Shown: positions 20,352 through 30,185, counted from the stretch's first letter. The stretch: 64,000 nt of DNA from Candidatus Parcubacteria bacterium (GCA_026395595.1 JAPLYL010000002.1:122111-186110), one strand, 5' to 3'. Notes: generated from the sequence alone by a model not told the origin. Numbers and translations are program-made.

Positions 20352-20639
20352 ATGCAACTTGCTATAGATATCCTTAAACGAATCAATTTATTTTATGTAA
20401 ACTACGGAAGAAATTCCAACGAAAAAGTTCTTATCACCTATTTTAACATGACACAGGGTCAAAGTGCGGAAAGCGTTCAAAACTCTTTGAACAAATTGTT
20501 TCAAAAGGATTTGATTACGCGAGCATCCTCGGGAGAAAAAGAGGAAATAAGCACTGACATTATCCCAACATCATACACCCTTGGATTATTGGATGATTAT
20601 ACAGTTGAAGAGATTTTCTTTAATAGAATCCAAAAATAA
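20352..20639 (+). CDS. Hypothetical protein
   Basis: 95-aa ORF with AAGGAG RBS. Confidence 0.6.
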   Translation: MQLAIDILKRINLFYVNYGRNSNEKVLITYFNMTQGQSAESVQNSLNKLFQKDLITRASSGEKEEISTDIIPTSYTLGLLDDYTVEEIFFNRIQK

Positions 20640-20696
20640 GGCTAGGGGCCTTCCGTAAATACAAAAACGCGACCAATCGGCCGCGTTTTTTAACAT

Positions 20697-20960
20697 TTAT
20701 TGATAGATCTCATGCGAACCTATTTTTAATAAAAATACCGTATTTTCTTCCCCGTACTCAAAAATGATTCGAAATTTATAATTTACTGAAAAACTATAAA
20801 AACCAGACAATTGACCGCCAAGTTTATGAACTTTTAACAATTTATGGTTTCCTTGTTCCTTAAAAAGTTCAATTTTTTCAATCGCCTCGTCTTGAAGCGC
20901 TATCGGAAGTGATTTCCATTGGCGGATAAAGAGAGGAGCATAAGCAATATCTAATTCCAT
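20697..20960 (-). CDS. RelE/YafQ-family mRNA interferase toxin
   Basis: LKVHKLGGQLSGFYSFSVNYKFRIIF...IGSHEIY. Confidence 0.88.
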   Translation of the reverse strand: MELDIAYAPLFIRQWKSLPIALQDEAIEKIELFKEQGNHKLLKVHKLGGQLSGFYSFSVNYKFRIIFEYGEENTVFLLKIGSHEIYQ

Positions 20961-20970
20961 AAAAAGTATA

Positions 20971-21192
20971 TTACCCTAGTTGTTGAGAAAGCTCTCTTAT
21001 ATCCCCCCGCATTGCTTTACCTGCGTGAATTTCTTGCTGTGCCTTGAGAACATCGCTTACCGCCTCATCTTCAGCGAGAAGACGGAGCGCTTGTCTTACT
21101 ACCTCGGCTTTATTTGAAGCCCGGCCTTTCTTTACAAAAGAATCAATAAATTCTTCAAGAGCTGGGTTTAATGGAACAGAAAGAGTACTCAT
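20971..21192 (-). CDS. Ribbon-helix-helix (ParD-like) antitoxin
   Basis: LSVPL..LEEFIDSFVKKGRASNKAEVVRQALRLL; directly upstream of the toxin. Confidence 0.85.
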   Translation of the reverse strand: MSTLSVPLNPALEEFIDSFVKKGRASNKAEVVRQALRLLAEDEAVSDVLKAQQEIHAGKAMRGDIRELSQQLG

Positions 21193-21262
21193 AGTAATAA
21201 TGTATTATATAATAATATGATACTATCATATTTCATTTTTTTGTTACCGTCAAGTCATAAGA

Positions 21263-21513
21263 CTGTGAATCCAAAAACTCTTCGTTCGTCATCCTCGCGA
21301 ATGCGGGGATCCACGTCGTTAAGTCATACTCTGGAGCACCACAAGAGTATTTCCATTTTTATAGTCGCTTCGCTCCTTATACTACAAGAGTATTTCCATT
21401 TTTATAGTCGCTTCGCTCCTTAAAAATTAGGTCAAAATTAGGTCGCCCCGTATTCGCGAGGATGACGATTTTGGGATATTTTAGTCCAAGGAAACGAGTT
21501 TTTGGATTCACAG
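21263..21513. mobile_element. MITE-like element carrying a nested insert with a 39-bp tandem duplication
   Basis: 18-bp perfect TIR ctgtgaatccaaaaactc; 21341-21379 is identical to 21384-21422. Confidence 0.72.
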
Positions 21514-21531
21514 ACATTAGTCACAGAAACC

Positions 21532-23223
21532 TTATTTAACCCCGTGTTTCTTGCGTATTTCAGTAAGTTCTTGTTCCTCAGCCTCAGCTTTTGCCTCTTT
21601 CCCTTCTTCTCCAAGTTTTTTAAGCTCTGATTCCGGAAGTTTTATAAGTTCTTGAGTGCGTTTCTCAAGATATTCTGCTGTGTTGAGGTTTGGATCTTCT
21701 AAAACCTCCTCCAGGAGCGCGTGCAGGATAAGTCCAAGTTTTGGTCCGGGTGTTTCATGTGTAACCTCCATTATTCTCGTACCATCAATTTTGAGCATTC
21801 CGACGGAAACAGGTGCACGCATCGCTTCTTCTATCATCGCCTCGTATTTTCGTAAACGATAGGGTTTTTCAACCGGTCTTCCCATTCCAATACGGTCACA
21901 TGCCCTTATTTTCATAAGATCCCACACATTTTCCGGTCCGACATTCGCAACAATCCTTCTTACTGCTGAAAGCGTTATCTTTTCCACATCTGAGAAGAAA
22001 AGATGATATTTTACCAGAGATGAAACCGTATCGGAAAGTTTCACGGGAAACCTTAATCGTTCCATTATCTTCTTTGAAACCCTTCCACCAACGACGTCAT
22101 GCCCGTAAAACGTCCAATTGTCCTTCTCTTTAGACCATCGGCGTGTTTCCGGCTTGGAAATATCGTGCAGCAAAGAGCCTAAACGGATATGAAGAGGCCA
22201 ATTATGCCTCGCCGCATTATCAAGAGCGCGAAGGTTATGTTCCCAGACCGTATAGATATGACTCCCGTTTTGTTCCACACCAATCCCCTTTTCCAGTTCC
22301 GGGACGATAAATCGCAATAAACCAAGCTCATGAGTCAAAACGATACCGCTCATAGTATTCTCCGACATAACTATTTTTACAAATTCATCACGAATTCTTT
22401 CACATGAAACATGTTTCAGATTGTCGGAAAGCTGTTTTATGGCATCTTCCGTCTCTTTTTCTATAGTGAAACCCAGTTGGGTAGCAAAACGAACAGCGCG
22501 CAGTAAACGAAGAGCGTCTTCATTGAAACGGTCTTCCGGTTTCCCTATTGCCCTGACGATTTTGTCCTTTATATCAGATTGTCCTTTATAAAGGTCAACA
22601 ATAATACCCTCTTTTGGGTTGTATGCGAGTGCATTTATCGTAAAATCACGGCGTTTCAGGTCGTCTTCCAGTTTTTTACTGAAAATCACCGCATTCGGAT
22701 GCCTTTTGTCGCTATATTCCGATTCCATTCGGTAAGGCGTAACCTCTATAATAGTTGTTGTTTCATGTGTAACAGGGTTTTCCTCATTTTTTAATGTTTC
22801 ACATGTAACTATTTGATTGACCGCTCGCGCGGCTCGCTGTGGCGTAGGAGTCAGTCTGGGGACTGACGGATGAAAACCTACGGTTTTCATACTTTCCCTT
22901 GTTTCACATGTAACATTTTCGTCACCACCATCTGATGTTTCATGTGTAACGGTCGGTCGGACGTGGTCTCTGACCCCGTCCGGAACATTTGTATTTACCA
23001 CAACCCCCACGGTTCCAAAGGTATTTTCATAGAAGGTTTTCTCAAAAAGCCCGATTATTTCTTCCGGTACGGCATTAGTGGTAACATCCCAATCTTTCGG
23101 TTCCCTTCCCAAAATAAGATCTCTTACACAGCCACCAACCAAATAAGCTTCAAAACCGGCGTCTTGAAGGGTTTCTGTTACACGTGTAACATATAATGGA
23201 ATATGGCTCTGTAAGTCTTTCAT
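21532..23223 (-). CDS. cca: CCA tRNA nucleotidyltransferase with HD domain and ~80-aa insertion
   Basis: VGGCVRD, DWDVTT, RRDFTINA, EDALRLLRAVRF, LLHDISKP. Confidence 0.92.
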   Translation of the reverse strand: MKDLQSHIPLYVTRVTETLQDAGFEAYLVGGCVRDLILGREPKDWDVTTNAVPEEIIGLFEKTFYENTFGTVGVVVNTNVPDGVRDHVRPTVTHETSDGGDENVTCETRESMKTVGFHPSVPRLTPTPQRAARAVNQIVTCETLKNEENPVTHETTTIIEVTPYRMESEYSDKRHPNAVIFSKKLEDDLKRRDFTINALAYNPKEGIIVDLYKGQSDIKDKIVRAIGKPEDRFNEDALRLLRAVRFATQLGFTIEKETEDAIKQLSDNLKHVSCERIRDEFVKIVMSENTMSGIVLTHELGLLRFIVPELEKGIGVEQNGSHIYTVWEHNLRALDNAARHNWPLHIRLGSLLHDISKPETRRWSKEKDNWTFYGHDVVGGRVSKKIMERLRFPVKLSDTVSSLVKYHLFFSDVEKITLSAVRRIVANVGPENVWDLMKIRACDRIGMGRPVEKPYRLRKYEAMIEEAMRAPVSVGMLKIDGTRIMEVTHETPGPKLGLILHALLEEVLEDPNLNTAEYLEKRTQELIKLPESELKKLGEEGKEAKAEAEEQELTEIRKKHGVK

Positions 23224-23283
23224 AAGAGCAATTGTAACAAACTTTTGATATTTTGTGAATTTTAGTGTAGTATACGATTATAA

Positions 23284-23355
23284 GCGCCCGTAGTGAAACG
23301 GATATCACAACGGTCTTCGAAACCGTTAGTCCAGGTTCGAGTCCTGGTGGGCGCA
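23284..23355 (+). tRNA. tRNA-Arg(TCG)
   Basis: Cloverleaf; anticodon arm acggt-cttcgaa-accgt, GTTCGA T-loop. Confidence 0.93.
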
Positions 23356-23418
23356 CAAGAAATATATAAGTATTTTTTCTATTGAAAAAACTTTTATTTT
23401 TCGTATAATAGTGACATT

Positions 23419-23489
23419 GCGGGTATGGTTTAGTGGTAGAACATTTGCTTGCCAAGCAAAAGACGCGGTTTCGATTACCGCTACCCGCA
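23419..23489 (+). tRNA. tRNA-Gly(GCC)
   Basis: Cloverleaf; tttgc-ttgccaa-gcaaa. Confidence 0.93.
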
Positions 23490-23582
23490 CAATGAGAAAA
23501 TACCGCCATGTGGCGGTATTTTCTGTTATCCACATAATTAAACTTTCTTTATTTTGTTCATTATTTTGTGTATACTAAAGAT

Positions 23583-23891
23583 ATGGAAATTAAAACTGAG
23601 TTTGAATCCGCTCTTATTTTACACAACATGCGCGAGTTCGTTATGGACAAACACAAGTTTGATGAATGCATACCGGAAAATATGAAAGAAGACCGAGAAT
23701 ACGGCTTTCTTGTGTCCGGACAGCGCAATTATTGGCTTTTGGGAAAGTTTCCTTTGCATGAAAAACGAGAAGATGGCGTCGTTTCAGCAGATCCGCGCGC
23801 TATTATTAATATCTTTGAAGTAACACATTTCATCGATAACGGACAGATTTGTACGCGAGGAAAATATAAAATACTCCAGATTGTGGGATAA
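23583..23891 (+). CDS. Hypothetical protein
   Basis: ~102-aa ORF with TATACT shortly before the ATG. Confidence 0.65.
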   Translation: MEIKTEFESALILHNMREFVMDKHKFDECIPENMKEDREYGFLVSGQRNYWLLGKFPLHEKREDGVVSADPRAIINIFEVTHFIDNGQICTRGKYKILQIVG

Positions 23892-23959
23892 TACTCATCT
23901 ACCATGACTCTTAAACACCCCTTATCGGGTGTTTTTCTATCCCCATAGATATGTAAAAC

Positions 23960-23988
23960 TGTGGATAACTCTGTGTACATGTGTATAA
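23960..23988 (-). promoter_or_regulatory. DnaA box cluster
   Basis: tgtggataa 23960, tgtgtataa 23980, degenerate box between; another TTATCCACA at 23526. Confidence 0.55.
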
Positions 23989-24172
23989 AGGACACTTTTT
24001 TGAACCACTCGCAAGCATTCTTTTTTTGACCTTTTGTCAATAAATGTGGCTTAAAATAACACTATTTGCTTAGGTCATCAAGAGAAAAAGGGTAAAGTAC
24101 AAAAGGGAAAAATAGACGTTTCACATGAAACGTTGTTTTGTGAATTTCCTTTAAAAGGGGTATTATCTTTTT

Positions 24173-24700
24173 ATGTCAAAGACCGAGAAACAAGAAACAG
24201 GGGATATTGGAGAGAAAATAGCGGGACTTTTTTTGAAAACCAAAGGGTTTACCGTTATTGGAACGAATTACCGAAAACCATGGGGAGAAATCGATATTAT
24301 TGTTCAGAAAAAAGGAAAGATTCATTTTATTGAAGTAAAAACCGTAAAAACAAGAGAAAATCAAAACCGATTAGACAAAGGACTTCCCTTAAGGAGGAGC
24401 GGTGAGCGACAAGGAAAGGGGAGTCTTTTGGGAGCGATTATTTTAGGAAAGTTTTTACCGCAGGAAAGATCCTATGCCATCAAAGAAATTTTTGAAGGGG
24501 ACGGTGAAACGAAAGGATATCGCCCCGAGGATAATTTGCACCCATGGAAGCTTCAGCGGCTAAAACGGGCAATTATATCGTATTTGGAAGAAAAAAGGAT
24601 GTCAGAAGAAGACGACTGGCAATTTGACGCCGTTACCGTTCGTTTAAACGAAGAAAGGAAGACTGCTTTGGTTGAGTATTTGGGGGATATTATTCTTTAA
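24173..24700 (+). CDS. yraN: YraN family endonuclease with ~50-aa in-frame insertion
   Basis: GDIGEKIA, NYRKPWGEIDII, FIEVKT, WQFDAV. Confidence 0.88.
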   Translation: MSKTEKQETGDIGEKIAGLFLKTKGFTVIGTNYRKPWGEIDIIVQKKGKIHFIEVKTVKTRENQNRLDKGLPLRRSGERQGKGSLLGAIILGKFLPQERSYAIKEIFEGDGETKGYRPEDNLHPWKLQRLKRAIISYLEEKRMSEEDDWQFDAVTVRLNEERKTALVEYLGDIIL

Positions 24701-24764
24701 TCTTACTAAATAAATAAATACGTGATTTTTTCATTGGTTTATGGTAGAGTAATCAGGTGAAAGA

Positions 24765-24835
24765 CGGGGCGTAGTATACCGGTAGTACGTCTGCTTTGGG
24801 AGCAGATAGACCGAGTTCGATTCTCGGCGCCCCGA
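24765..24835 (+). tRNA. tRNA-Pro(TGG)
   Basis: Cloverleaf; tctgc-tttggga-gcaga. Confidence 0.93.
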
Positions 24836-24990
24836 CAAAGAAAAACAAAAGGCTGTTTGATTCAAATCAAACAGCCTTTTGTTTGACAGAAACTATACTT
24901 CTTGATACTATCGTCGGTGTCACTCCGCGGCACAGTCCGCGGATTTTTGTTTTTTGAAAATCAGTATCACTCTCAAATGAGGAGAAGAAT

Positions 24991-25893
24991 ATGGAAAAAC
25001 AGGGGAATCCTCAGTTTTTTAAAGAAGTACGGTCAAAAGAAGATGCAACGGTAAAATTTATTTTCCGTGCGCCGGAGATCATTGAATTCAGTTATATTAA
25101 TAAAAGCGACGGGAAAGATATTATTTGCGCTCCAACGCAAACCTCATGCAATCTTGGCTGTAAATTTTGTTTTCTTACGGATTTTAAACTTAAGGTTCGC
25201 AATCTTTTACCCGAAGAAATAACCAATCCTGTGGAATACGTTGTGGAAAGGCTTAATTTACTTTCTCGCGAAAAACGAAATTGCGTGCTTTTGATTTCTT
25301 TTATGGGTTGCGGCGAACCTTTGTTGAACCTGACAAATGTTATTACTGCGGCAAAAATGATACGGGAAAAGTATGCGGACCAATACGATGTTGTTCGTTT
25401 TGCGATTGCTACACTGGTACCAAAACCTTCGCTTCTTTTGCGCCTTATTGAAGAAGTGAGAAAAAATGATCTTGCTGTTAAACTTCATTTGTCGCTCCAC
25501 ACGCCTTTTAATGAAAAAAGAAGGGAGCTTATGCCTTCCGCTTCCGGTGTTCAAGAAAGCGTTTTTCTTTTGGGAAAATTTCGAGAAAAAACCGGAAATT
25601 CAGCAGAGATACATTATGCGATGATTAATGGGGTAAACGATCGGGACGAAGATCTCTCCGGACTTATTTCTCTTTTTGGCGGAAAAAATATTCCGATTAA
25701 GTTTTTGATTTACAACGAAAAACCTTCACTGGAGTTAAAAGAATCAACTCGCGTTGCTTTCTTTCGCGAAGAACTTGCCAAACATGGCATCGTTACTGAA
25801 TTTTACATCCCGCCCGGACGGGACGTCGGAAGCAGCTGCGGACAATTTCTCTTAGAATACTACCTAGAATATAATCAGGTCAGTAAAAAATAG
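24991..25893 (+). CDS. RlmN/Cfr-like radical SAM protein (short form)
   Basis: CAPTQTSCNLGCKFC, FMGCGEPLLN, LHLSLH, GRDVGSSCGQ. Confidence 0.85.
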   Translation: MEKQGNPQFFKEVRSKEDATVKFIFRAPEIIEFSYINKSDGKDIICAPTQTSCNLGCKFCFLTDFKLKVRNLLPEEITNPVEYVVERLNLLSREKRNCVLLISFMGCGEPLLNLTNVITAAKMIREKYADQYDVVRFAIATLVPKPSLLLRLIEEVRKNDLAVKLHLSLHTPFNEKRRELMPSASGVQESVFLLGKFREKTGNSAEIHYAMINGVNDRDEDLSGLISLFGGKNIPIKFLIYNEKPSLELKESTRVAFFREELAKHGIVTEFYIPPGRDVGSSCGQFLLEYYLEYNQVSKK

Positions 25894-25976
25894 CTTTATA
25901 GCCCTCGGAATTTCCCGGGGGCTATTTTTTTACAGAAGTTTGCAAAAAGAAATTTACATATGTTATCATAGTGGTA

Positions 25977-26275
25977 TGAATACTTACAAAGAAACGCTTG
26001 AAACCGCGAAAAAAATAATAGACGGGCTGGATATTTCCGCCGAAGATAAAGCTTTGCTTCATGAACGAATACCAAAGCTTTCTTTTGATGCGTTGGAAGT
26101 TTTTGTGTGGACGCTTGAAAAGGATCCGTCTGATGTATCCTCTCTTATTCAAAAAACACGACAATGGATGTCTTCTCAAAACGATCCGATTGCTATTCAG
26201 AAGGCGATAGATAAAGATAAAAAAGAACTTGAAGAAGCCATAGCAGCCACAGAAGAAGAGCCTTTAATTATATAA
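25977..26275 (+). CDS. Hypothetical protein
   Basis: ORF from MNTYKET. Confidence 0.6.
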
Positions 26276-26280
26276 ATTTT

Positions 26281-27258
26281 ATGGAAAAATTTCCTGAAGC
26301 AGAAGAAATAAAAAAAGTTGATTCTCAAGAGGAGAGTGGAGGGAGATATAATTTTCCTCCAGAGGTGTCTCTGAATCCAAATAGCATGCCTTCCGTGGGT
26401 GAAAATAACCCGGAAGCAACAATTGAAGTGCTCCAGACAAACATTGCTTATCAAAATATGATAGGGGAAACCTTAGAGAATCATGCTCTTCGTAAAAACA
26501 TGAGCAGTGAAGAAATAGAAGCTTTGGCGACCGCTATGGTTGAGCAGTATGAGGAAACAAGCATTGAAGCGGAAGAAGCGCAAGTTTCTGAGATATTTGA
26601 GGTAACAGAAGCGGAAAATAAAGAGGAAGTTGCGAAACAAAAAGAGGGAGGCGAGTCATCTATCTTTTCACGGGCCGTAGAAGTAATGAAAGAATACTTG
26701 GTGAAATATCCCAAAGTCGCGAGATTGGCTATGGTGGGGATGTTGGCTTATGAAATGGGAAATAATCCGGCAATGGCTGATGATACTTTTGGGCGGATGA
26801 TATCCTCCGGTACAGAAGGCGCATCACGATACGCCTACTCTCAACAAGCGGGGCAGGAGCGTCTGCAATACAATGCGATGTATGGAGATCAGAGAGCCCG
26901 CTTACAATACCAAGGAGATATGCAAAGAGCGGAACAACAACGTCAAAGAGAATACAGCCAGCTAGATGACGCTATTTTACGGGCGCAATCATCGGAAAAA
27001 TACAAAGGAACCCAAGAACAAGAAAATAAGATTGCCGGTCAGGTATATAAAATAAGAATGCAAATAGAACAACGGTATAGGCAGAATGTTTCCAATGCAC
27101 AAATGAGAGCTCAGGCGACCCAACAAAATACGCAAATAAGAGCGCAGGAAATAGAGATGCAAAATAAAATGAGACAGCAAGAGATTGCCGTAGGCGTCGG
27201 ATCTCAAATCGCAAATCAGGCTATTAATGGAGTTATCCGCGGAGTATTTGGGCGCTAA
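26281..27258 (+). CDS. Hypothetical protein, acidic N-terminus and Gln-rich coiled coil
   Basis: 325-aa ORF followed by a terminator hairpin. Confidence 0.7.
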   Translation: MEKFPEAEEIKKVDSQEESGGRYNFPPEVSLNPNSMPSVGENNPEATIEVLQTNIAYQNMIGETLENHALRKNMSSEEIEALATAMVEQYEETSIEAEEAQVSEIFEVTEAENKEEVAKQKEGGESSIFSRAVEVMKEYLVKYPKVARLAMVGMLAYEMGNNPAMADDTFGRMISSGTEGASRYAYSQQAGQERLQYNAMYGDQRARLQYQGDMQRAEQQRQREYSQLDDAILRAQSSEKYKGTQEQENKIAGQVYKIRMQIEQRYRQNVSNAQMRAQATQQNTQIRAQEIEMQNKMRQQEIAVGVGSQIANQAINGVIRGVFGR

Positions 27259-27528
27259 AATCTCACTAACTTATCCAAAAAACAAGACTCAATCTTTCGG
27301 GTCTTGTTTTTTTATGGTTGTTATGTTGGATTTTGTTATACACACCCTGTTTTTTTGGAAGGAGAGTATAATAAAAGAATAAGAGAAGGAAGGAGTACTA
27401 TAAAATTATATCCCGCAGATACTCTCTAGAATGAGAATCCTATGCGCAGCGGGTTTTTTGGTGACTCCGCGTTGTTTGGTGGGTTATACAAGAAGAGAAT
27501 AAAAAATTATTAGTTTTTGAAGGAAATT

Positions 27529-29673
27529 ATGCAACCAAAAACAAAATCGCTTGTTGTGGTAAAAAGAGATGGATCAAAAGTTGCGTTTGATAGCGAAAAG
27601 ATATTTCAGGCGATATTGAAAGCCGGCATTGCGACCAATGATTTTGGTGAGAAAAAAGCGCGCGCCATTTCCGAGGGAGTTTCTCATTTTTTAAGCAAAT
27701 CCAGAAAAGAAGAACTTCCCATTGAGGAAATACAGGATGTTATTGAATTTGCGATTATGAATGCCGGATTTTATAAGACGGCCCGCGCGTATATTACTTA
27801 CCGAGATTCTCGTGCCCGCGAAAGAGATAAAGAAAAGACCTTTGTTGAGGTGGAAAAAACCATTACCGAGTATTTGAACAAAGCGGACTGGAGAGTGAAT
27901 GCGAATGCGAATCAGGGATATTCTCTCGGCGGGCTCATTTTGAACGCTTCTGGAAAAATTATTGCAAATTATTGGCTTTCTTCCGTTTATCCGAGAGAGA
28001 TCGGCGAATCACACAGAGAGGGGGATATGCATATCCACGATCTTGATATGTTTTCAGGATATTGCGCCGGATGGAGCTTGCGTGCTCTTATTGAAGAAGG
28101 TTTTAACGGGGTGCCTGGAAAAGTAGAATCTGATCCTCCGAAACATTTGGAAACAGTGGTGGCGCAGATGGTGAATTTCTTGGGAACTCTTCAAAATGAA
28201 TGGGCGGGAGCGCAGGCGTTTTCTTCTTTTGATACCTACATGGCTCCCTTTGTCCGAAAAGATGCTTTAAGTTATAAAGAAGTAAAACAATCGGTACAGC
28301 AATTTGTTTTTAACTTGAATGTTCCGTCACGTTGGGGGACACAGACCCCTTTCACTAATATCACGCTTGATTGGGTGTGTCCGGAAGATATGAAGAAAAA
28401 ACAACCGATTATCGGCGGCGAAATTATGAATTTCACTTATGGTGATTGTCAGAAAGAAATGGATATGGTGAACAAAGCCTTTATTGAAGTTATGACTTCC
28501 GGCGACAGAAACGGACGTGTCTTTACTTTCCCGATTCCTACCTACAACATTACGAAAGATTTTGACTGGGATAATGAAAATGCGCAAGCTCTGTTTGAAA
28601 TGGCAGCAAAATTCGGAACGCCCTATTTCCAGAATTTTCTGAATTCTACTCTGAAACCGAGCGATGTTCGGAGTATGTGTTGCCGACTCCAGCTTGATCT
28701 TCGTGAACTTCGTGCCAGAGGAGGAGGGCTTTTTGGTTCTGCGGAAATGACCGGTTCTATTGGCGTAGTTACCATTAATCTTCCGAGAATTGGCTATATT
28801 TCTGACACAAAAGAACAGTTCTTTTCCCGTCTTGGCAAATTGATGGATTTGGCAAAAAATTCATTGGAATTGAAAAGAAAAGTGGTCGGCGATAATATAG
28901 AAAGAGGGTTGTTGCCGTATACCAAAAGATATTTGCCGAATTTACATGCTCATTTCAGCACGATTGGCTTGAATGGAATGAATGAAGCGGTACGAAATTT
29001 TCTTGGAAAAGATATTGATATTTCTACCAAGGAGGGAAGAGAATTCGCTCTTGAAATTTTAGATTTTATGCGCAATCGTTTGGCTGACTTCCAAGAAGAA
29101 ACGGGGAATATGTATAATCTTGAAGCGACTCCTGCGGAAGGAACAACCTATCGTTTTGCAAAAGAAGATCAGAAGCGTTTCCCTGGAATTATTCAAGCGG
29201 GAACAAGAGAGGCTCCTTACTACACCAATTCCTCCCATCTTCATGTCGGACACACCGATAATCCGCTTGATGCGCTAGATCACCAAGATGAATTGCAGAC
29301 AAAATATACGGGGGGCACAGTTCTTCATCTTTTTTTGGGAGAAAGATTACGCGACTGGAAGACGGCAAGAAATTTCGTGAAAAAAGTCGCCGAAAATTAT
29401 CGTTTACCGTATTTCACTCTGACTCCGACGTTCTCTGTTTGCCCGACCCATGGTTATCTGAATGGCGAAGTGCCGAAATGTCCAACGTGCGATGCTGAAT
29501 GTGAAGTTTGGTCGCGTATTATGGGATATCATCGCCCGGTTTCACAATGGAATCACGGAAAAAAGAGCGAGTACGCGGAAAGAAAAGAATATATTCCGCC
29601 GACTATAGCGCATAAACCAGACGTTTGCTTACCGAAGGTTGTAAAGGGTAAGAAAGCGGAGATGGCGAAGTAA
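27529..29673 (+). CDS. nrdD: Anaerobic (class III) ribonucleoside-triphosphate reductase with ATP cone
   Basis: VVKRDG ATP cone, HIHDLD, SMCCRL, EATPAE, YTGGT, SRIMGYHRP glycyl-radical motif. Confidence 0.95.
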   Translation: MQPKTKSLVVVKRDGSKVAFDSEKIFQAILKAGIATNDFGEKKARAISEGVSHFLSKSRKEELPIEEIQDVIEFAIMNAGFYKTARAYITYRDSRARERDKEKTFVEVEKTITEYLNKADWRVNANANQGYSLGGLILNASGKIIANYWLSSVYPREIGESHREGDMHIHDLDMFSGYCAGWSLRALIEEGFNGVPGKVESDPPKHLETVVAQMVNFLGTLQNEWAGAQAFSSFDTYMAPFVRKDALSYKEVKQSVQQFVFNLNVPSRWGTQTPFTNITLDWVCPEDMKKKQPIIGGEIMNFTYGDCQKEMDMVNKAFIEVMTSGDRNGRVFTFPIPTYNITKDFDWDNENAQALFEMAAKFGTPYFQNFLNSTLKPSDVRSMCCRLQLDLRELRARGGGLFGSAEMTGSIGVVTINLPRIGYISDTKEQFFSRLGKLMDLAKNSLELKRKVVGDNIERGLLPYTKRYLPNLHAHFSTIGLNGMNEAVRNFLGKDIDISTKEGREFALEILDFMRNRLADFQEETGNMYNLEATPAEGTTYRFAKEDQKRFPGIIQAGTREAPYYTNSSHLHVGHTDNPLDALDHQDELQTKYTGGTVLHLFLGERLRDWKTARNFVKKVAENYRLPYFTLTPTFSVCPTHGYLNGEVPKCPTCDAECEVWSRIMGYHRPVSQWNHGKKSEYAERKEYIPPTIAHKPDVCLPKVVKGKKAEMAK

Positions 29674-29774
29674 AAACTTTTAGTCCGCCAACCGGCGGAT
29701 AAGGTTTCAGCTTTTAGCTTTAGATCATTGCAAAAAAATAACTGCCCCGACATTCGTCGGGGCAGTTTTTGTTT

Positions 29775-30185
29775 TTATCCAAGCAGGAGGTTGGCTAAAA
29801 AGATAACTACGTTTGCAAAGTGAAACTGTCTTTCTTTTGTGGTGTGTTCAAGTTTAAGTTCTTCGAACCAGCCGCCTTGATCAAGCACTTTTTTAAGAAA
29901 AACGCTTACTGAGGGGTATGTTTTTATGTATTCCGGCGTTTGTTCTTCGTATTTGTGTGATTCTTTGCGAGCATAGCATAGATTTGGTTTTTTGATTGGA
30001 ACCGCTCCCGAAACCCTCATGTGGGTTAAAAGAACATGTTCAAAGACAACTTTTACCGGAGATTCATAGTAACTGTCCCCGAGAATGGTCTCTGACGGCT
30101 CAAGGTCTTTCTCCTCGTCTTTCAAAAAGTTTTCGTAAAGTGTTCTATATTGTTCCAGTGTAAGGTACGGTATTTTCTTCGGCAC
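29775..30185 (-). CDS. Hypothetical protein
   Basis: 136-aa ORF, GTG start with GGAG RBS. Confidence 0.55.
   Translation of the reverse strand: MPKKIPYLTLEQYRTLYENFLKDEEKDLEPSETILGDSYYESPVKVVFEHVLLTHMRVSGAVPIKKPNLCYARKESHKYEEQTPEYIKTYPSVSVFLKKVLDQGGWFEELKLEHTTKERQFHFANVVIFLANLLLG

Larger units (their letters stand above)
21751..24132. promoter_or_regulatory. Cluster of parS-like sites
   Basis: 16-mers resembling TGTTTCACGTGAAACA at 21751, 22037, 22396, 22759, 22795, 22900, 22936, 23176, 24117. Confidence 0.8.

Noticed and set aside
21341-21422. 39-bp direct repeat as a CRISPR array
   Set aside because: Only two units separated by 4 bp, no spacers, no cas genes
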